64,000 nt of DNA, from NCBI GenBank assembly GCA_031382085.1, contig JANMYM010000036.1, positions 23,340 to 87,339 on the forward strand. Direction: 5' to 3'. Position 1 is the first letter of the stretch. The number at the start of each line of letters is the position of its first letter. The stretch is from Gammaproteobacteria bacterium. Its GTDB lineage: Bacteria > Pseudomonadota > Gammaproteobacteria > Steroidobacterales > Steroidobacteraceae. Made by a program: the position numbers and the translations under genes. Under the pieces are notes generated by a model. It saw only the letters and a program-made list of their open reading frames with translations, did not search any database and was not told where the DNA came from. Positions 58,954-64,000 of the stretch are shown here, in pieces.

Positions 58954-59036
58954 CAGAGCGAGCTAGCTAGACGCGGACACGCCGACCGGGCGTTCCGTGC
59001 CGGCCGACACAGGTATTTTCGCGGGGCACCCTGCGC

Positions 59037-60338
59037 TCACAACCAACCGCCCTCAAAACCCGCTCGCCGCAACCCACGCACGATGTCGGGGCAGTCCCGC
59101 ATCAATCGCCACGCCAAACCGGTAAGATAATTTTCGATCATCAGGACGATAGGTCCCTGATTGAGCCCGTAATGCCACGGCGACACCCAACAACCATAAG
59201 GGTTGCCGGGCTGTCCAGGGTGGGACGGATTGAACGATGCTTTGAAACCATAGGAGTTGAACTGGGTCAACTTGGCCTGGTGCACGCAATACGCGATCGC
59301 GGGCAGCACAATTTCAGGCGCGAAGGGCAGCGACGCTACCACCGCCCACGGTGCGAGCGTGCCGTCGTCGGGACCGTACGGCACGCCGCGGCCAAGGTAA
59401 TCAAAAAACCGGCGTTCGATGCCGTTAGACTTCAGCGTGGCGGGACCCGGACCCTCGCTCGCAGTAATGCCCCAGCAATGCTCACCGTAGCCGTCGAATT
59501 TTTGCGGGTTATCGATGGCATATTGCTTCTGCACGTAAGTGGCCCGGCGACTGTTTTCGAAATAGTCGATGCCTCTATCGCGCATGAAACGGTCCTGAAT
59601 GCCGCGAAAGTCGATCCAGACATGCGATAACTGATGTGTGAACAGGGGACCGGCGTACAGATATTCCTGTCCATAACACCTTTCCCACCGGTAAGTGGAG
59701 GCCCAGCTCACGTAGCTCGATTCGGGCAGCGGATGGGTTGGCGATCCTAACGCCAACACATACAGCAACAGCGCTTCGTCGTATCCCTCCCATCGGTATT
59801 GGAGAAAACCGCCTTCGGGTCTCCACCCGTGCGTCACGGTGGCCCCACCGTCCTGCGCCCACGGCCAATCGGCGCGTCGATACAGTGCGTCGGCGAGGCT
59901 GCGAATTTCACGTTCGTTAGCCGTGTTAGCGTCAAAATAGCTCGCTGCCAGCAAAGCCCCGGCCAGCAGAAAAGCGCTGTCCACCGTCGACAGTTCGCAT
60001 TGCCAGGCGCGACGGCCGCTCTGCATGTCGAGAAAATGATAGTAAAACCCCCGGTAACCGGTTGCGTCCGGCTCAGGGCCTTGCGGGCTATTCCAGAAAA
60101 ACCGCAGCGTCGCCAGCGTTCGTTCAACGGCCGCGGTTCGCGTCATGAATCCGCGTTCGACGCCGACCGGGTAGCAGGCCAACGCAAGCCCAGTGGCGGC
60201 AATGCTCGCCGGCCAGTCCGCTGCAGTCTTGTCGACCACGAGACCGTTAGCAGGATTTGTTTCATGCAGGAAGTATTCGAATGTTTGGCGCTGCAGGTGT
60301 TCCAGCTCGGCATGACCCGTTAGTGCCGTGCCGCTCAT
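59037..60338 (-). CDS. glucoamylase-family/(alpha/alpha)6-barrel glycoside hydrolase-like protein (beta-1,2-glucanase-like)
   Basis: QRQTFEYFLHETNPANGLVVDK...YRGFYYHFLDM...STVDSAFLLAG...EGYDEALLLYVLALGSP. Confidence 0.65.
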   Translation of the reverse strand: MSGTALTGHAELEHLQRQTFEYFLHETNPANGLVVDKTAADWPASIAATGLALACYPVGVERGFMTRTAAVERTLATLRFFWNSPQGPEPDATGYRGFYYHFLDMQSGRRAWQCELSTVDSAFLLAGALLAASYFDANTANEREIRSLADALYRRADWPWAQDGGATVTHGWRPEGGFLQYRWEGYDEALLLYVLALGSPTHPLPESSYVSWASTYRWERCYGQEYLYAGPLFTHQLSHVWIDFRGIQDRFMRDRGIDYFENSRRATYVQKQYAIDNPQKFDGYGEHCWGITASEGPGPATLKSNGIERRFFDYLGRGVPYGPDDGTLAPWAVVASLPFAPEIVLPAIAYCVHQAKLTQFNSYGFKASFNPSHPGQPGNPYGCWVSPWHYGLNQGPIVLMIENYLTGLAWRLMRDCPDIVRGLRRAGFEGGWL

Positions 60339-60943
60339 GGATTAGACGCAGGGGCGCTGTCGCGCGTTTCGTTCCACGCGTGAATGACAGGCTCTGTCCA
60401 ATCATGGTCATAGCCCAGGCGACTCAAAGACGCCGTCGTGAGCAGCAACCGGCGAGCTTCGATTGCGGCGAGACCAATCCAGCGCACCGCAATGAGTCGC
60501 AGAATTTCCCGGTGTGCGACGAGCAGCGCATCGTCGCCTCGCGCGCGAATTCCTGCGATTACGCGATCCGCGCGCGCCGCCACCGCTTCCAGCGTCTCGC
60601 CACCAGGACAACCGTCACGAAAGAGGCTCCATCCGGGTCGCTCTGCTTGGATATCGACGGTGCGTCTACCTTCGTACGCGCCGTAGTGCCATTCCATCAG
60701 ATCTGCGTCGTCCACGACCAATGCCGCCGGCATCGCGAGTTCGGCCGTGCGGCGCGCGCGTTGCAGTGGACTCGAGAAAACGCAGTCGAAATTCAATTTG
60801 GAGAGACGCGGGCCAAGCTCGCGCGCGTGTCGTTCGCCTTGCTCGGTCAGCGGCAGATCGGTACGACCGGTGTGCTGCCCGGTGAGCGTCCACGCAGTTT
60901 CGGCGTGACGCACGAGGTAGACCATCGGCGATGACTGACTCAC
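60335..60943 (-). CDS. histidine phosphatase family protein (phosphoglycerate-mutase-like)
   Basis: VYLVRHAETAWTLTGQHTGRTDLPLTEQG is the RHG motif. Confidence 0.8.
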   Translation of the reverse strand: MSQSSPMVYLVRHAETAWTLTGQHTGRTDLPLTEQGERHARELGPRLSKLNFDCVFSSPLQRARRTAELAMPAALVVDDADLMEWHYGAYEGRRTVDIQAERPGWSLFRDGCPGGETLEAVAARADRVIAGIRARGDDALLVAHREILRLIAVRWIGLAAIEARRLLLTTASLSRLGYDHDWTEPVIHAWNETRDSAPASNP

Positions 60944-60962
60944 TATAATTTCACCTTAGGAA

Positions 60963-63347
60963 TCACGTTGGCTTGCCCGGCTTGGCAACACCCCATTTCC
61001 AATCACGAATTTCAGGCATGTCCTGACCATGTTCGTTGATGTATTTCTTGTGCTCGAGCAACTTTTGCTGGAGCCTCTGCTGCAGCAGCAGGCCGTTGGC
61101 GCCTGTCTGCGGCAGGCGCTCAATCGTGTCCATCACCAGATGAAAGCGATCCAGATCATTAAGCACGGTCATGTCGAAGGGTGTGGTGATGGTGCCTTCT
61201 TCCTTATAGCCGCGGACATGGATGTTGATGTGGTTGGTGCGCCGGTAAGTGAGCCGGTGGATCAACGAAGGGTAGCCATGGAAAGCGAAAATGATCGGCT
61301 TGTCGGTGGTGAAGATCGCATCGAAATCGGCGTCGCTCAGTCCATGTGGATGCTCGGTTTGCGGCTGCAGCTTCATCAAGTCGACGACGTTGACAGCACG
61401 AATTTTCAGATCCGGCAAATGTTCTCGCAGGATGGAGACGGCGGCGATTGTCTCCAAGGTGGGCACGTCACCGCAGCAGGCCATCACCACATCGGGCGCA
61501 TCGCCCATATCGTTGCTAGCCCACGGCCATATGCCAATCCCTGCGCGACAATGCCTAACAGCGGACTCCATGCTTAGCCACTGAGGCGCCGGGTGTTTGC
61601 CTGCGATCACCACATTGACGTAGTGGCGGCTGCGCAGGCAGTGATCCATCACCGACAGCAGACAATTGGCATCGGGCGGCAGATACACCCGCACGATCTC
61701 AGCCTTTTTGTTCATGACGACATCGATAAAGCCGGGATCCTGGTGCGTGAAGCCGTTGTGATCCTGACGCCACACGTGTGAGGCCAACAGGTAATTCAGC
61801 GAGGCGATTTTCCGCCGCCATGGCAATTGCGAGGTGACCTTCAACCACTTGGCATGCTGGTTGAACATCGAATCCACGATGTGGATGAATGCCTCGTAGC
61901 AGTTAAAGAGTCCGTGCCGGCCTGTTAGGAGATAGCCCTCGAGCCAGCCTTCGCATTGGTGCTCGCTGAGCATTTCCATCACGCGCCCGGTGGGCGCCAG
62001 AAATTCGTCATTCGGCTCGATTGCGGCATTCCATTGGCGTTGAGTCACGTCGAACAGCGCTTCCAGCCCGTTGGACAGTGTCTCGTCGGGACCGAACACG
62101 CGGAAATTCCGCTGCGCGCTGTTGAGCTTCACGACATCGCGTAGGAATTGTCCCAGCACATGCGTGTCGCCGATGCCGCGCAGACCCGGGGCAGCCACAT
62201 CGACCGCGTAGTCGCGAAAGTCCGGCATGGCCAGGTCGCGCAGAAGCATGCCACCGTTAGCGTGGGGGTTCTTACCCATACGCCGATCGCCGGTGGGTGC
62301 AAGCTCGGCCAGTTCCGGTCTCAGGCAGCCCCGTGCATCGAAAAGCTCTTCCGGACGATAGCTTCTCAACCAAGTCTCAAGTTGCCGCAAATGGTCAGCG
62401 TTTTTCGTGGGATCCGACAGCGGCACTTGATGCGAGCGAAACGTCCCCTCGTTAGGCCGGCCGTCAATGACTTTGGGTCCGGTCCAGCCCTTAGGTGAAC
62501 GGAGGATGATCATGGGCCAGCGCGGACGCGCGGCTTTGCCGTTAGTGCGAGCATCACTCTGGATTGTCTGGATCTGCTCCATCGCCATGTCGAGCGTTGC
62601 GGCCATGGCTTCGTGCATCAGATCAGGGTCGTGGCCTTCGACGAAGTAAGGCGTCCACCCATAGCCGCGAAACAGCTGTTCCAATTCCTCGCGCGTGATG
62701 CGGGCCAGCAGCGCTGGGTTCGCAATCTTATAGCCGTTGAGATGCAGGATCGGCAGCACTACACCGTCGGTGACAGGATCCAGAAACTTGTTAGAGTGCC
62801 AGGCTGTCGCTAACGGCCCGGTTTCGGCCTCGCCGTCGCCGACGACACAGGCAACAACAAGGTCCGGATTGTCAAAAACGGCGCCGAACGCATGGCTCAA
62901 CGAATAGCCCAGCTCGCCGCCCTCGTGGATCGAGCCCGGGCACTCGGGTGAGGCGTGGCTTGGAATTCCGCCGGGAAAGGAAAATTGCATGCAAAGCTTG
63001 CGTAGCCCGGCCTCATCCTGCGTGATGTCAGGATAAATCTCGCTGTAAGTGCCTTCAAGGTAGGTGTTACCCACGACCGCCGGTCCGCCGTGCCCCGGGC
63101 CGGAAACGTAAATCATGTTCAGATCAAATTTCTTGATGATCCGGTTCAGGTGAACGTAGATGAAGTTCTGACCTGGGGTCGTGCCCCAATGCCCGAGCAG
63201 CATGGGCTTCACGTCGGCGACTGTCAGCGGTCGCTTCAGCAGCGGATTGTCGTAAAGATACATCTGGCCGACGGACAGATAGTTGGCGGCGCGCCAATAC
63301 GCGTCCATCTTCTGCCGCAGTTCGCGTGTTAGCACTTGGGTTTTCAT
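60963..63347 (-). CDS. xfp: phosphoketolase (xylulose-5-P/fructose-6-P)
   Basis: A 794-aa protein containing [56 protein letters not shown] and [12 protein letters not shown]. Confidence 0.95.
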   Translation of the reverse strand: MKTQVLTRELRQKMDAYWRAANYLSVGQMYLYDNPLLKRPLTVADVKPMLLGHWGTTPGQNFIYVHLNRIIKKFDLNMIYVSGPGHGGPAVVGNTYLEGTYSEIYPDITQDEAGLRKLCMQFSFPGGIPSHASPECPGSIHEGGELGYSLSHAFGAVFDNPDLVVACVVGDGEAETGPLATAWHSNKFLDPVTDGVVLPILHLNGYKIANPALLARITREELEQLFRGYGWTPYFVEGHDPDLMHEAMAATLDMAMEQIQTIQSDARTNGKAARPRWPMIILRSPKGWTGPKVIDGRPNEGTFRSHQVPLSDPTKNADHLRQLETWLRSYRPEELFDARGCLRPELAELAPTGDRRMGKNPHANGGMLLRDLAMPDFRDYAVDVAAPGLRGIGDTHVLGQFLRDVVKLNSAQRNFRVFGPDETLSNGLEALFDVTQRQWNAAIEPNDEFLAPTGRVMEMLSEHQCEGWLEGYLLTGRHGLFNCYEAFIHIVDSMFNQHAKWLKVTSQLPWRRKIASLNYLLASHVWRQDHNGFTHQDPGFIDVVMNKKAEIVRVYLPPDANCLLSVMDHCLRSRHYVNVVIAGKHPAPQWLSMESAVRHCRAGIGIWPWASNDMGDAPDVVMACCGDVPTLETIAAVSILREHLPDLKIRAVNVVDLMKLQPQTEHPHGLSDADFDAIFTTDKPIIFAFHGYPSLIHRLTYRRTNHINIHVRGYKEEGTITTPFDMTVLNDLDRFHLVMDTIERLPQTGANGLLLQQRLQQKLLEHKKYINEHGQDMPEIRDWKWGVAKPGKPT

Positions 63348-64000
63348 AGTTCAATGATCTTACATACCGACCTTGCGATCATGAGTTCTTCGTCGGTTCT
63401 GATAACTCGTACAGCCACAGGATTTGTTGTCGGCGAGATCACGGCTGCATTGACCGCGTTACCTGGCGTGTCCAGAGTGATGCCGAGGAAACCCAGACCC
63501 TTGCAGATACGCTCACGGACGCGCGGCGCGTTCTCACCGATGCCACCCGCGAATACCAGGGTGTCCAGGCCACCGAGTGCAGCGGCGAACGAACCAATCC
63601 ACTTTTTGGTTTGATAACAAAAAAGCGCCACCGCTTCGGCGGCGCGCGAATCGGTCGCTTCAAGTTCGAGCAAATCGCGCATATCGGAACTGGTCTCGGA
63701 AACACCGAGCAGTCCCGATTCGTTATTTACCAGGTTCTGCAATTGGGCAGCAGTCATTTTTTCGGTGTGTGTGAGGTAATACATGAGTCCCGGATCCAGA
63801 TCACCCGACCGCGTACTCATCATCAGTCCAGCGGTCGGAGTGAAACCCATGCTGGTATCAATGCATTTGCCGTGGCGAACGGCCGCCAGACTTGCGCCGT
63901 TGCCAAGATGCGCCAGGATCACGCGGCCGTTAATAGCCGCCGAGTCTCCCATGCGCGCAAGCTCTTCCATTTGAAACTGATAGGACAAACCATGAAAGCC
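63344..64000 (-). CDS. ackA: acetate kinase, C-terminal part; runs off the right edge
   Basis: GFHGLSYQF...[42 protein letters not shown]...[10 protein letters not shown]. There is a 4-nt overlap with the xfp start. Confidence 0.85.
   Translation of the reverse strand, partial: GFHGLSYQFQMEELARMGDSAAINGRVILAHLGNGASLAAVRHGKCIDTSMGFTPTAGLMMSTRSGDLDPGLMYYLTHTEKMTAAQLQNLVNNESGLLGVSETSSDMRDLLELEATDSRAAEAVALFCYQTKKWIGSFAAALGGLDTLVFAGGIGENAPRVRERICKGLGFLGITLDTPGNAVNAAVISPTTNPVAVRVIRTDEELMIARSVCKIIEL

Noticed and set aside
1-64000. Searched for CRISPR arrays, rRNA, IS elements, integrases, prophage genes and known defence systems.
   Set aside because: No regularly spaced longer repeats and no recombinase or defence-type proteins were seen by eye. 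The only selfish-element trace is the vapBC remnant.

Overview
GC-rich (about 65% by eye), densely coding, proteobacterial-type chromosomal DNA with about 65 genes, one tRNA and no rRNA, CRISPR array, transposase or integrase. Left to right: leucine catabolism (mccB partial, ivd, GntR/FadR regulator); fused FO synthase fbiC; an IclR-controlled 7-gene minus-strand operon (deacetylase, ALDH, GPH transporter, serine hydrolase, cytochrome b561, cytochrome c, Tat amine oxidase). Next come a plus-strand block (FAD oxidase, etfBA, MFS, tandem alpha/beta hydrolase, tannase-family esterase, RidA) and a very long translationally coupled minus-strand operon, 34468 down to about 23600 (UbiD, PqqC-like, SDR, GntR/HutC, MFS, FGE-like, DctQM, hydantoinase, peroxiredoxin, MDR reductase). 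Divergent from it lie a methyltransferase and an ALDH, followed by VOC, hydrolases, GST and several transporters. The remainder holds the complete ccmABCDEFGHI cytochrome c maturation operon, tRNA-Leu(UAA), an NSS transporter, a lower-GC decayed islet (vapBC remnant, CpcT-like/cytochrome c/YcnI operon, CopD and MFS fragments), then a glucoamylase-family gene, a histidine phosphatase, xfp and ackA (partial). Many ORF-track entries are antisense shadows or 5'-over-extended ORFs typical of high-GC DNA. The most unusual signal is not a gene. The short asymmetric word (T)TGTTAG(S), reverse complement (S)CTAACA(A), occurs about 100 times. Most copies are read as the normally very rare Leu codon TTA, but copies also occur antisense, at stop codons and in spacers. 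All counts are hand tallies and need recomputation.
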